DNA of 64,000 nucleotides from an uncultured Bacteroidales bacterium (GTDB lineage: Bacteria > Bacteroidota > Bacteroidia > Bacteroidales > CAZLJX01): NCBI GenBank assembly GCA_964559985.1, contig CAZLJX010000006.1, positions 77,354 through 141,353 on the forward strand. Direction: 5' to 3'. Shown in pieces: positions 36,881 through 46,039 of this stretch (positions within the stretch are counted from its first letter, which is position 1; each line of letters starts with the position of its first letter). Position numbers and translations under genes: made by a program. The notes below the pieces were generated by a model. It was given only the letters and a program-made list of their open reading frames with translations. It ran no database searches and was not told where the DNA came from.

Positions 36881-37421
36881 CTTTTATGGAACCTGTTACC
36901 GAATCGGATGATGAAACCAGTATTAAATGTATTGCCCTCAGGGCATTCAGTGCTTTCAACCCCCAGTAATGTCTGAAATTATTTCTGCATTCGGCTGTTC
37001 CGTCATAAATCATGTCGTAAACGCCGGTTTTATATAGTTCTGTAAAATCTTTGATATCCTGGTAAATATCAGCCATATCTTCGGCAATTGAAAGTGTCTG
37101 GCCGTCATTTTCAGGATTGTCGCACAGATGATAAAAATTGTGGTTTTTCATGATTTTTTTTACCGATTCATGAATGGCAGTCCATGCTTCTTCGGTAACA
37201 AATTTTTCGATTTCTTCGTTGTTGATATTGCTTATATCAGGCAGCAATGAGGCTTTAAGATATAAAAGTGATGTAAGTTTCTGTGCAAGTGATAAGAACT
37301 CTTTAAAACTTCTTTGATTTGCTTTTTCAAGAAAATAACAGAATTCTTCGCTGATGGTGGCAAACTCTTTTACATTATTGAGAAACTCGTCTTTCCGTGT
37401 CATTGGCAGAAATTTTATCAA
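36831..37421 (-). CDS. Hypothetical helical protein (DUF5063-like), first gene of the exonuclease/methyltransferase operon
   Basis: A clean 196-aa ORF that overlaps the start region of the exonuclease gene. The DUF5063 assignment comes from remembered similarity and synteny, not from a search. Confidence 0.45.
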   Translation of the reverse strand: MIKFLPMTRKDEFLNNVKEFATISEEFCYFLEKANQRSFKEFLSLAQKLTSLLYLKASLLPDISNINNEEIEKFVTEEAWTAIHESVKKIMKNHNFYHLCDNPENDGQTLSIAEDMADIYQDIKDFTELYKTGVYDMIYDGTAECRNNFRHYWGLKALNALRAIHLILVSSSDSVTGSIKDEFDNSSWIADDKADE

Positions 37422-37445
37422 TTCTGATCATAAAAAAAGGGAAAT

Positions 37446-37472
37446 TCTGATGATTTCCCTTTTTCTGAACAG
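37446..37472 (-). terminator. Rho-independent terminator after the stand-alone receiver gene
   Basis: Perfect 10-bp stem aaagggaaat/atttcccttt with a 7-nt loop. On the minus strand it is followed by a T-run. It lies 11 nt after the stop at 37483. Confidence 0.7.
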
Positions 37473-37482
37473 GGTAATCATT

Positions 37483-37872
37483 TTATTTTTTATAAATAAT
37501 ATCGTTGATGGCTTTTTTTACGTTTTCGAAAGCATTATCGTCTTTAACTACATAATTGGTTGCATTTTCGCGTACAAATTCATACACCAGATTTCCGTCT
37601 TCCTGCCCGGAAAGAATTATTACCTTGGTTTTTGGATTTACATCTCTGATTTTTTTGAGAATTTCAAGCCCGTTTTTTGCTGCAGGGTTCTCGCTGTTGA
37701 GAAAATAATCCAGAACAATCACATCAGGATTCAGATGAAGGTGATTGATGCATTCTTCACCCGACTGAAAAGCAACAATGTTGAGTTCGGGGTTGTCGAT
37801 GAGGCTTTCTTTGAGCATTTCAAGAAAGATAAAATCGTCATCAACAAGAATTATCATGTATTTGCCTGTCAT
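37483..37872 (-). CDS. Stand-alone response-regulator receiver protein (CheY-like, no output domain)
   Basis: 129 aa with an intact receiver pocket: ILVDDD, phospho-acceptor in VIVLDYFL, ILSGQ and YVVKD. Confidence 0.85.
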   Translation of the reverse strand: MTGKYMIILVDDDFIFLEMLKESLIDNPELNIVAFQSGEECINHLHLNPDVIVLDYFLNSENPAAKNGLEILKKIRDVNPKTKVIILSGQEDGNLVYEFVRENATNYVVKDDNAFENVKKAINDIIYKK

Positions 37873-37894
37873 ATTTTTCGAGATTAGTAATTTT

Positions 37895-37902
37895 CAAATT
37901 TA
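37895..37902 (-). promoter_or_regulatory. Candidate -7 promoter box (TAaaTTTG) for the receiver gene
   Basis: The minus strand reads TAAATTTG 23 nt upstream of the ATG at 37872, inside the 90-nt gap after the TPR gene. Confidence 0.35.
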
Positions 37903-37962
37903 ATAAATTTCATTTGCAATAGAAATGTTTTTTTGACAACCGGTATTTTTTTTTCGATTTAT

Positions 37963-39552
37963 CTATTTTTTTCTGAAACGATAATAAATCAATAGTCCTG
38001 ACACAATGACCAGTAATGTTGACAGGGAAAGTATGATTAAATTATTGTTAAATAATTTTCTATTTGATGTTTTCAAAGCTGCCTGGTAGTTTTTAAGGCT
38101 GTCGGTCAGATTATCAAATTGGAAAGAAGCGTATACTTCTTCCATCATTTTTTCATTCTGGTAATATTTGGCAGCGTCCTCAACATTTTTAGCTTTTAAA
38201 AGAAATTCATAAGCTTTTTTAAAGTTATGCTGCCTGGCATATAATTCAGATAATGCTTCACGGGCTTTTTTCGAATGCTGGCTGGCTGGCTGTTCATCAT
38301 CTGCCTGTATGGCTGAAAGAAAATATTTCTCAGCCTGTAAAAAATTTTGCATGTTGCAGTATGCTTCTCCCGATTGAAAATACAGATATGGCAAATATTC
38401 TTTATTTCCTGTTTTGTGGCAATAAGCTAAAGCTTCAAGGTACGAACTGATTGCTTTTTCATAATTTTCTTCTTGCAGGGCAAATAAATCGCCCATATCT
38501 TTCAGGCTGACAATAATCCCGTCGATATTACCACTTTGCAGGAATAATTGATAAGCTTCGCGGTAATAATTTTCAGCTTTGACAGGAATATTCAGGACAA
38601 AAAAAGCATTACCCAGGCTACTCATACATTCTGCTTTGCGAATTGCCATACCCAGCGAATCGAAAATGACCAGTGATTTGGTAAGGTATTGCTGTGCAAT
38701 ATCGGGTTTGCCCTGTTCGAGCATAATATTGCCTAAGTTGTAAAATGCATTGGCTTTGTTTGAGATCAGATGGTTTTCCTCACTAATGGTCAGTGCTTCC
38801 TGGAATTTCTGTATGGCCAATGTGTAATTGCCCCAATGCTTATAAATCATTCCCATATTGTCGAGGGCATCGCACATGGCTGTGTGATTCAAAGCTTTAA
38901 CATCACTTTCGTATGCCTGTTTGTAAAAATGAAGCGCCATAACCAGATTCCCGTGGCTTTGATACACCGATCCGAGTGTATTTAATAAATTTCCATGCTC
39001 CAATGGATATGAATCCTTGCTAATGAGTTTAAGTGCTGTTTGAATGGTTTTTTCGGCCTGAGGATAACTGCCAGTGTTTTTAAAAATAATGGCTAAATTG
39101 GATAAAGTGCCGGCCAGCAGATTATTTTCGCCTGTTTTTTTATAAATTATAATAGCCTGGTTATAATAATACATGGCCGAATCATAAAGGCCTAAATGGT
39201 CGTTAATAATACCTATGTTATTGATTACCCGTGCTTTTGCAATTAAGTCGCCGGCATCTGCCAGTCGGGGAATAGCTAAATGGTAATATTTCAGAGCCAT
39301 GCCGGAATTCCCGGATGACTGGTATATTTTTCCGGCCAGGGCGTAGGCTTTTCCTTTATTTTCAGGTTCATTTAAATTTAAACATTGTAAAGTAAGCGAT
39401 AAGGCACTGTCTGTGTCTTCTGACATGAGTGCTCCGGCAGTTTTCAGCAAAGAATCATAAGGCTGGCAGCCATGAAGGTGCTTTTGTGCTGAAATATTTG
39501 AATTTAAATGGAAAAAGAAAAAAACCGTGATAACAACATCAATGCGTATCAT
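37963..39552 (-). CDS. Exported tetratricopeptide-repeat protein with a C-terminal membrane anchor
   Basis: N-terminal hydrophobic signal ending ISAQ. About 10 TPR-like units follow (recurrent A-x-x-Y/N-x-G/A-x-I/V-Y patterns), then a coiled region and a single TM helix LIILSLSTLLVIVSGLLIYY that ends 5 aa before the stop. Its start overlaps the upstream stop (ATGA at 39549..39552). Confidence 0.8.
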   Translation of the reverse strand: MIRIDVVITVFFFFHLNSNISAQKHLHGCQPYDSLLKTAGALMSEDTDSALSLTLQCLNLNEPENKGKAYALAGKIYQSSGNSGMALKYYHLAIPRLADAGDLIAKARVINNIGIINDHLGLYDSAMYYYNQAIIIYKKTGENNLLAGTLSNLAIIFKNTGSYPQAEKTIQTALKLISKDSYPLEHGNLLNTLGSVYQSHGNLVMALHFYKQAYESDVKALNHTAMCDALDNMGMIYKHWGNYTLAIQKFQEALTISEENHLISNKANAFYNLGNIMLEQGKPDIAQQYLTKSLVIFDSLGMAIRKAECMSSLGNAFFVLNIPVKAENYYREAYQLFLQSGNIDGIIVSLKDMGDLFALQEENYEKAISSYLEALAYCHKTGNKEYLPYLYFQSGEAYCNMQNFLQAEKYFLSAIQADDEQPASQHSKKAREALSELYARQHNFKKAYEFLLKAKNVEDAAKYYQNEKMMEEVYASFQFDNLTDSLKNYQAALKTSNRKLFNNNLIILSLSTLLVIVSGLLIYYRFRKK

Positions 39553-41951
39553 AATATCAATAAACTGATTTCGCCTTGTACACCCTTCCAGTCATCCTCT
39601 AAAATTTCGATAAGCTTGCTTATTTTGTCCGGTTCACGCTGCTCTTTTGAAAAATTTTCGATTAACCGTGCTGCTTCGGCAAGGCCTTTTATACCAAGGT
39701 AGTTCATTTTTGTTTTCAAAGTATGGGCTTTTGACATCATACCTTGCCAGTTTTCGGTGTTATATGATTCTTTTAGTGTATTAATTTCCTGTGTGGTAGA
39801 TTCGAGATAGAGCAATAGTATTTTTTTAATTTTTTCCTCGTCGTTTTTATAGATTTTGATTAATTGTGTGAGATCGATAATTTTTAACTGGTCAATTCTT
39901 TGTCTGAAATTTTCGCTGAAATACACGTTGGCTTCTTCCGGCTTGCTTTCCTGAGGCACCTGGGGTGCAGGTATTGCTTCTTTCGGGCTGCAAACCAGTA
40001 TTTTATTGTATAATTCGTTGGGATCGAAAGGTTTTGAAACATAGTCGTTCATTCCAAGGTCAAGGCATTTCTGGCGTTCGTCTTTCAAAGCGTGGGCGGT
40101 CATGGCAATAATTGGAATATCACATTTTGGCGGAGGCATTTTTTTTCGTATATAAGCAGTTGCTTCGCGTCCGTCCATCTCAGGCATCTGGATATCCATT
40201 AAAATAATGTGGTAATTGTTTTGCTTTATTTTTTCAATGGCTTCACGGCCGTTTTCAGCCAGATCGATGGTGAAAGTTTTATTCCATTGCTTTAAAGTAT
40301 CAAGTGCCAGCTGCTGGTTTATGCGGTTATCCTCAACAAGCAGTATTCTGAGGTTATCGGGTAAGGGCTGTGCAGATCGTTTTTTGTCGGGCGATTCGTT
40401 TTTTAATTCATCCACTGAACCGGCTTCAAGACTAAGTTGGAAGAAAAAGGTGGTACCTTGCCCCAGCTTGCTTTCGACCCATATTTTACCGTTCTGCAGC
40501 TGTACCAATTGCTTTACAATGGCAAGGCCAAGACCGGTACCGCCATATTTTCTGGTTGTATCGCTTTCAGCCTGTGTAAAACTTTCAAAAATACCCGATA
40601 ATTTATCTTCGGGGATGCCAATACCATTATCGGCAATTGAGAATTCAAGCTGATAGAGGTTGTTCTCATTTTTTAACAATTCAACGGCAAGCTTTATGGC
40701 TCCGTTTGCCGGGGTAAACTTGATGGAGTTTCCTATCAGGTTGGTTATAATCTGGTTAAGCCTTACAGGATCACCCTCAAGAATTTTTGGTATTTTCTGA
40801 TCGATGTGCCAGCTCAGGTTCTGGTTTTTTTCAATGGCTTTTACATTAAGCGATGAGAGGCAATGTTCAATAATGTCGTACAGGTTGAATCCTATTTTTT
40901 CAAAAGTTATTTTTCCGGATTCAATTTTTGAAAAATCCAGAATATCGTTTATCACTACCAGGAGGTTATCGCCCGATGATTTGATATTCTGAAGGTAATT
41001 GAGCTGTGAAGGATTTGGATTATTGCTCATCAGCAGGTTGGTGAAACCCATAATGGCATTTAATGGCGTGCGTATTTCATGGCTGGTATTGGTCAGGAAA
41101 ACTTCTTTCATCCGGCTGGCTTCCTTAATTTCAAAGTTGGCTTTTTCAAGGTCGCGGTTTTGTTTGTTAATCACTTCGACCAGTTTTTCAAGCTCATCTT
41201 TTTGTTTTTCGTTCATCCATAATGCTTTTTGCAGTTGAATATGATGCTTGCTTGATTTCTTAAAAGCTTTTTCAAGTTCATCTTTCTGCAGCATGGCATG
41301 GTTGCGCTGTTCTTCCAGTTCGGCTTTCTGACGGTTTAACTCTTCTTCAGCCTTTTTTAAATGGGTAATATCGGTATCGATGGCAAGGAGTTTTGATACT
41401 TTTCCGTCTTTTCCGAAGATGGGTGTCAGGGTAGTATGCATCCATATCGGATTACCCGACATGGTAATATTCTGTGAAATATAAATTACCGATTCTTTAT
41501 TGGCAACAGCCTTATCGATAAGGGTTTGTATTTCTTTGTTGGTGCTAATTTCAATGATGTTGCGTCCATAAAGTTTGATAAATTCTTCTTTTGTATAACC
41601 TGTAAGGTGGTGAAACCCATCGTTTACCCATTCAAGATCTCCGACAGCATTGAAAAGCATAATGGCATTGCCGGTTTTTGTATTGAAAGCCGAACTTATC
41701 AATATGTCTCCATCTTTTTCCAGGTTTTCTGTACCTTGCCCGTTTCCGGAGTCCGACCTGATTTTTTTTTCCAGTATCCTGATGCGTGATTTATACAATA
41801 TTGTGTTTCGTAAAAGAAAGAAAACAGTGAATATTAAAGCGGTAAAAAAAACTATCTCCATCCATCCTGATGCAGACACATTCATTAAAGCTTGCAGGCC
41901 TGTCATGTTTGATAAATCAGAAATAAAAAACCATACAGTGCTGTTTCCCAT
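39549..41951 (-). CDS. Hybrid sensor histidine kinase with PAS, HisKA, HATPase, receiver and C-terminal HPt domains
   Basis: One N-terminal TM helix, a PAS domain, a long coiled coil, H-box TSHEIRTPLNAIMGF, HATPase (GGTGLGLAIVKQL) and a receiver (ILMDIQMPEMDGRE). The HPt motif is AHTLKTKMNYLG, with the His codon at 39723..39725. Confidence 0.9.
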   Translation of the reverse strand: MGNSTVWFFISDLSNMTGLQALMNVSASGWMEIVFFTALIFTVFFLLRNTILYKSRIRILEKKIRSDSGNGQGTENLEKDGDILISSAFNTKTGNAIMLFNAVGDLEWVNDGFHHLTGYTKEEFIKLYGRNIIEISTNKEIQTLIDKAVANKESVIYISQNITMSGNPIWMHTTLTPIFGKDGKVSKLLAIDTDITHLKKAEEELNRQKAELEEQRNHAMLQKDELEKAFKKSSKHHIQLQKALWMNEKQKDELEKLVEVINKQNRDLEKANFEIKEASRMKEVFLTNTSHEIRTPLNAIMGFTNLLMSNNPNPSQLNYLQNIKSSGDNLLVVINDILDFSKIESGKITFEKIGFNLYDIIEHCLSSLNVKAIEKNQNLSWHIDQKIPKILEGDPVRLNQIITNLIGNSIKFTPANGAIKLAVELLKNENNLYQLEFSIADNGIGIPEDKLSGIFESFTQAESDTTRKYGGTGLGLAIVKQLVQLQNGKIWVESKLGQGTTFFFQLSLEAGSVDELKNESPDKKRSAQPLPDNLRILLVEDNRINQQLALDTLKQWNKTFTIDLAENGREAIEKIKQNNYHIILMDIQMPEMDGREATAYIRKKMPPPKCDIPIIAMTAHALKDERQKCLDLGMNDYVSKPFDPNELYNKILVCSPKEAIPAPQVPQESKPEEANVYFSENFRQRIDQLKIIDLTQLIKIYKNDEEKIKKILLLYLESTTQEINTLKESYNTENWQGMMSKAHTLKTKMNYLGIKGLAEAARLIENFSKEQREPDKISKLIEILEDDWKGVQGEISLLIL

Positions 41952-42017
41952 AAATATACTGGCCGAAATGATGTAAAAATTAATGGCTTACAAGTTACAT
42001 AAATAATTAATCGAGGA

Positions 42018-42025
42018 CAAAGATA
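42018..42025 (-). promoter_or_regulatory. Candidate -7 promoter box (TAtcTTTG) for the hybrid-kinase operon
   Basis: The minus strand reads TATCTTTG 67 nt upstream of the ATG at 41951. It forms the left arm of a perfect 12-bp inverted repeat. Confidence 0.35.
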
Positions 42026-42051
42026 TAAATTTTCCGCATTTTATATCTTTG
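42018..42051. repeat. Perfect 12-bp inverted repeat (caaagatataaa / tttatatctttg) with a 10-nt spacer
   Basis: Read directly from the sequence: arms at 42018..42029 and 42040..42051. Each arm contains TATCTTTG reading outward on its own strand. Confidence 0.8.
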
Positions 42052-42331
42052 AATAAAGGTAACTTTTTTATAATCATTGGTTAATTTGGCCATTGGCTGG
42101 TTTATAGATTTTTTTGAGCACAATAAAGAAAGAAATATTCTGATACTCAATTTTTTGCCACTAAAGAGAAGTTCGACATAAAAGATACATTTACTCAGAT
42201 GTGATCTGCACAAGCGGGCGATCAGCAATATGCCCTGGCGGATCGATAAACGGTCTGCTGCAGTAAACATGATGAACATCCAAAAATGAAATCGGGAAAA
42301 TATAACGACCTGGATTGTAAAGAAATGGTGC

Positions 42332-44263
42332 TTATTTACTTTTTCCTTTGGTTTGTTTCTCAATCCATTCGAGCAGTCCGGCTTTATTGTGCCTGATTTT
42401 TCCGTTATCGAGCAACCACCTGATCACTTCAACAGTTTTACCTGCTTCCTGACCCTGCGAATCGGCAAGTTGTTCAAGGCTCATGGGTTGGTTTTTGAGC
42501 AGCGATTTTATTTTTTCAAGCAGGGTGTCAAACTCAACTTTATTTAACCCCAATTCGTTGCGCGAAAGGCAGATGTCGCATTGCCCGCATCGAATTGAAC
42601 CGGATTCTCCAAAGTAAGCAAGCAGGTATTGGCTGCGGCATTTGGTCTGTGTAAGGGCATAACCCAGCATGGCCTCAATGCGTTGTTTGTATTTTGTTTT
42701 CCGCAGGTGGTAGTTTTCTTTGGTCAGGTAAAGTGATTTTTCATCAACCCTTGGTTGGGTGAAAATGATCATTGGTGAGTTTTTTTGCGGAACATAGTCA
42801 ATAATTTCAACCTGGTGCAGTCTTTCAAGGTATTTAATCACGATATCTGTTTCATTTTTAAAACGTCGCGCCAGGGTATTCTCATCTACAGCAACATAGT
42901 TTTGAAATAAACCCGTATATGACCTCAGCAGCAGTTTTATAAAACCATCGTAATTTTCGTTGGCAACCTGAAAATGATATAAATCTTCGCGGTTGACCTG
43001 AATATGGATTTTTGAAGGTTGGTTGATCTCATCTGTTAATTCTATATATCCTTCTTTTTCAAGTATTTTTAATGCATTAAAAGCGCTGATAGCTTCAAAA
43101 TTGTAATGATTGCAAAATTCAGCGAGGTTAAAATTGAACCATTGTGAGGTTCCAAGTCCGACAGGTACCTGCAAAAAATTGCCAAGTGCGTTGTAAATCC
43201 TTTTAATGAAATTTATTTCAGGAAAAGTAGTTTCAATGCGTTCTTCCAGTTGATCCTGGTCGTTTTTGTTGAAAAGCAACACCGCATAGGCTTTGTTGCC
43301 ATCGCGTCCGGCACGCCCGGCTTCCTGGAAATAGGCCTCTACCGAATCGGGCAGATCGGTGTGGACTACAAACCTGACATCGGGTTTATCAATACCCATT
43401 CCAAAAGCATTGGTGCAGACAATAACCCTTATTTTGTTGTTTTTCCAGCTTTCCTGCCTGGCATTCCGCTCACTGTGTGTCAGGCCGGCATGATAATAAC
43501 CGGCAGCAATTCCGTTTTTCAGTAGTAACGATGCTGTTTCAACAGTTGCCCTGCGGTTACGGACATATACCACGCCGCTGCCTTTTACCGACTGGCATAT
43601 TTTTAACAGTTGTTTTGGCTTATCCTCGGTATGCCTAACCACATAAACGAGGTTTTTACGTTCAAAACTTTTTCTAAGTACATTGGGTTTCCTGAAAAGC
43701 AGTTTTTGCTGAATATCATCCACTACATCGGGGGTAGCGGTAGCAGTAAGTGCAAGAACCGGAACTTCGGGAATATACGATCTTATATCGGCAATCTGCA
43801 GGTACGAAGGTCTGAAATCATATCCCCACTGCGAAATGCAATGGGCTTCATCAACGGCCAGCAGGTTTATTCTCATACTGGCTATATTAGTGGTTATCAG
43901 TTCGGTTTTTAACCTTTCGGGAGATAGGTATAAAAATTTGACCTCTTTATCATAAATACAATTGCTGATGGTATTGGCAATTTCATTGCGCCCCATTCCT
44001 GAATGGATTGCCAGTGCTTTGATATTTTTTCTGTTAAGATTCTCGACCTGGTCTTTCATTAGTGCAATCAGAGGAGTTACCACCAGGCAAAGTCCTTCCA
44101 TATATAAAGCCGGAACCTGGAATGTCAGTGATTTTCCGCCACCTGTCGGCAACAGGGCTAAAGTGTCATTGCCCTCTGCCACCGAAGCAATGATTTCTTC
44201 CTGCAACGGTCTGAATTGTGTGAAACCCCAGTATTTCTGTAAAATCTGCCTGAACCTGTCCAT
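42332..44263 (-). CDS. recQ: ATP-dependent DNA helicase RecQ
   Basis: N-terminus ILQKYWGFTQFRPLQEEII, Walker A LPTGGGKSL, DEAH box (AVDEAHCISQWGYDFRP) and a zinc-binding cysteine cluster (CRSQYLLAYFGE...CGQCDIC). Confidence 0.92.
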   Translation of the reverse strand: MDRFRQILQKYWGFTQFRPLQEEIIASVAEGNDTLALLPTGGGKSLTFQVPALYMEGLCLVVTPLIALMKDQVENLNRKNIKALAIHSGMGRNEIANTISNCIYDKEVKFLYLSPERLKTELITTNIASMRINLLAVDEAHCISQWGYDFRPSYLQIADIRSYIPEVPVLALTATATPDVVDDIQQKLLFRKPNVLRKSFERKNLVYVVRHTEDKPKQLLKICQSVKGSGVVYVRNRRATVETASLLLKNGIAAGYYHAGLTHSERNARQESWKNNKIRVIVCTNAFGMGIDKPDVRFVVHTDLPDSVEAYFQEAGRAGRDGNKAYAVLLFNKNDQDQLEERIETTFPEINFIKRIYNALGNFLQVPVGLGTSQWFNFNLAEFCNHYNFEAISAFNALKILEKEGYIELTDEINQPSKIHIQVNREDLYHFQVANENYDGFIKLLLRSYTGLFQNYVAVDENTLARRFKNETDIVIKYLERLHQVEIIDYVPQKNSPMIIFTQPRVDEKSLYLTKENYHLRKTKYKQRIEAMLGYALTQTKCRSQYLLAYFGESGSIRCGQCDICLSRNELGLNKVEFDTLLEKIKSLLKNQPMSLEQLADSQGQEAGKTVEVIRWLLDNGKIRHNKAGLLEWIEKQTKGKSK

Positions 44264-44508
44264 AAAAGGACAATTTAAATTTGTTTTTATCGTTATTGAT
44301 CAATCTAAAACGGAAATATTCATCCTGGTATTAAAAAAATGATTAAAGAAAAACCCATAGGACAAAGCAATTTAACCAAATTTATTATGGCCAATCATTT
44401 AAATTGGGCTATGGTATTGTTGACTCATGGTTATCATTACTTAGATAAAGACGAATAATTCCGCATAAAAATAAACAAAAAAAGCATATCCATGAAGCTA
44501 AATTTTTG

Positions 44509-44516
44509 TATTTTTG
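44509..44516 (+). promoter_or_regulatory. Candidate -7 promoter box (TAttTTTG) for guaB
   Basis: TATTTTTG lies 31 nt upstream of the ATG at 44547. Confidence 0.4.
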
Positions 44517-44546
44517 CCAAATTTGATTTAAAATCAGGAAGACCCA

Positions 44547-46016
44547 ATGTCATTTGAAAAAGATAAAATAATCAGCGAAGGACTCACGTTTGACGATGTG
44601 CTCCTTGTACCTGCATATTCTGAGGTATTGCCCCGGGATGTTGAATTAACATCGTGGTTTTCAAGAAATATCAGGATGAATGCCCCTCTGGTTTCGGCAG
44701 CCATGGATACCGTTACCGAATCAGCCCTGGCTATTGCCATAGCACGTGAAGGTGGTATAGGTGTCATTCATAAAAACATGAGCATCGAAAATCAGGCAAG
44801 GCAGGTTAAAGTGGTGAAACGTGCCGAAAACGGGATGATCATTGACCCGATTACCATTAATCCCGATGCTGTGGTTGCTGATGCCTTGCGGCTGATGTCG
44901 GAATTTAAAATCGGTGGTATTCCCGTTGTTGACCACAACAATATTGTGATTGGAATTGTTACCAACCGCGACCTGCGTTTCGAAACCAACCTGGCAAAAC
45001 CCATCCATAAGGTAATGACCAGTAAAAATCTGATTACTACTACACAAACCATTGATCTTGAAAAGGCAGCAGAAATATTACAGCGACATAAAATTGAAAA
45101 ACTACCGGTGGTAGATAAAGATAATAAACTGATAGGATTACTTACCTATAAAGATATCACCAAGGCCAAAGACCGTCCCAATGCATGCAAGGATAATGAA
45201 GGCCGCCTCAGGGTTGCTGCAGCGGTAGGTGTTACCCCCGATGCACTTGACCGGATTGCTGCCCTCGTCGGTGCCCGTGTTGATGCAGTGGTGATTGATA
45301 CTGCCCACGGCCATTCACGGGGTGTGGTTGAGATTTTAAAAAATGCAAAAAAGGCTTTTCCTTCTGTTGATTATGTGGTGGGCAATATAGCAACCGGCGA
45401 AGCAGCAGAATTTCTTGCACAGGCTGGTGCTGATGCAGTGAAGGTCGGCATTGGGCCTGGCTCAATATGCACTACCCGTGTCATTGCCGGAGTGGGTGTG
45501 CCGCAGCTATCTGCAATTTATGATGTTGCCAAAGCCCTGAAAGGTAAAAATATCCCGATCATTGCGGATGGAGGTGTCCGCTATTCGGGCGATATGGTAA
45601 AAGCCCTTGCCGCAGGTGCATCATCCATTATGGCCGGATCGCTCTTCGCTGGTGTGGAAGAATCGCCCGGAGAAACAATTATTTACCAGGGACGTAAATT
45701 TAAATCTTACAGGGGTATGGGCTCCCTTGAAGCCATGCAACGGGGATCGAAAGACCGTTATTTTCAGGATATGGAAGATGACCTGAAAAAACTGGTGCCC
45801 GAAGGTATATCCGGTCGGGTTCCGTACAAAGGAACACTCACCGAAGTATTTTACCAGCTCATTGGCGGATTAAGGGCAGGAATGGGATATTGCGGCGCAA
45901 AAAGCATTGAATCGCTGCACCAGGCAAGGTTTACTCGTATCACTGCTTCGGGAATGGCCGAAAGTCATCCTCACGATGTGACAATTACCAGTGAAGCACC
46001 CAATTATTCTCGATAA
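44547..46016 (+). CDS. guaB: IMP dehydrogenase
   Basis: [12 protein letters not shown]-terminus, tandem CBS insert, catalytic loop [12 protein letters not shown], and GGVRYSGD. Confidence 0.95.
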   Translation: MSFEKDKIISEGLTFDDVLLVPAYSEVLPRDVELTSWFSRNIRMNAPLVSAAMDTVTESALAIAIAREGGIGVIHKNMSIENQARQVKVVKRAENGMIIDPITINPDAVVADALRLMSEFKIGGIPVVDHNNIVIGIVTNRDLRFETNLAKPIHKVMTSKNLITTTQTIDLEKAAEILQRHKIEKLPVVDKDNKLIGLLTYKDITKAKDRPNACKDNEGRLRVAAAVGVTPDALDRIAALVGARVDAVVIDTAHGHSRGVVEILKNAKKAFPSVDYVVGNIATGEAAEFLAQAGADAVKVGIGPGSICTTRVIAGVGVPQLSAIYDVAKALKGKNIPIIADGGVRYSGDMVKALAAGASSIMAGSLFAGVEESPGETIIYQGRKFKSYRGMGSLEAMQRGSKDRYFQDMEDDLKKLVPEGISGRVPYKGTLTEVFYQLIGGLRAGMGYCGAKSIESLHQARFTRITASGMAESHPHDVTITSEAPNYSR

Positions 46017-46039
46017 CTAATTAAAAAACAATATCAACC

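Noticed and set aside
37354-37887. 177-aa plus-strand ORF covering the stand-alone receiver gene
   Set aside because: It is antisense to a receiver domain with all conserved pocket residues. It runs through a terminator hairpin and an intergenic region, and its product is Phe/Ile/Asn-rich junk.
37483-41951. Resemblance of the kinase / TPR / receiver-only set to defensive two-component (Detocs-type) systems
   Set aside because: Those systems end in a receiver fused to a toxic effector domain. No effector-bearing receiver is present here, the receiver-only protein is the last gene before a terminator, and the kinase is an ordinary PAS hybrid kinase.
42007-42363. 118-aa minus-strand ORF filling the gap between recQ and the hybrid kinase
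   Set aside because: The translation looks non-protein-like (Phe/Ile/Leu/Lys-rich with scattered Cys and Arg). It starts inside the 3' end of recQ and I recognise no family. I treat the interval as non-coding and discuss it as a finding.
44339-44458. 39-aa plus-strand small ORF (MIKEKPIGQSNLTKFIMANHLNWAMVLLTHGYHYLDKDE) in the recQ-guaB divergent region
   Set aside because: There is no supporting promoter box or conservation evidence available to me, and it is short enough to arise by chance in a 283-bp AT-rich region. I cannot support it as a gene.
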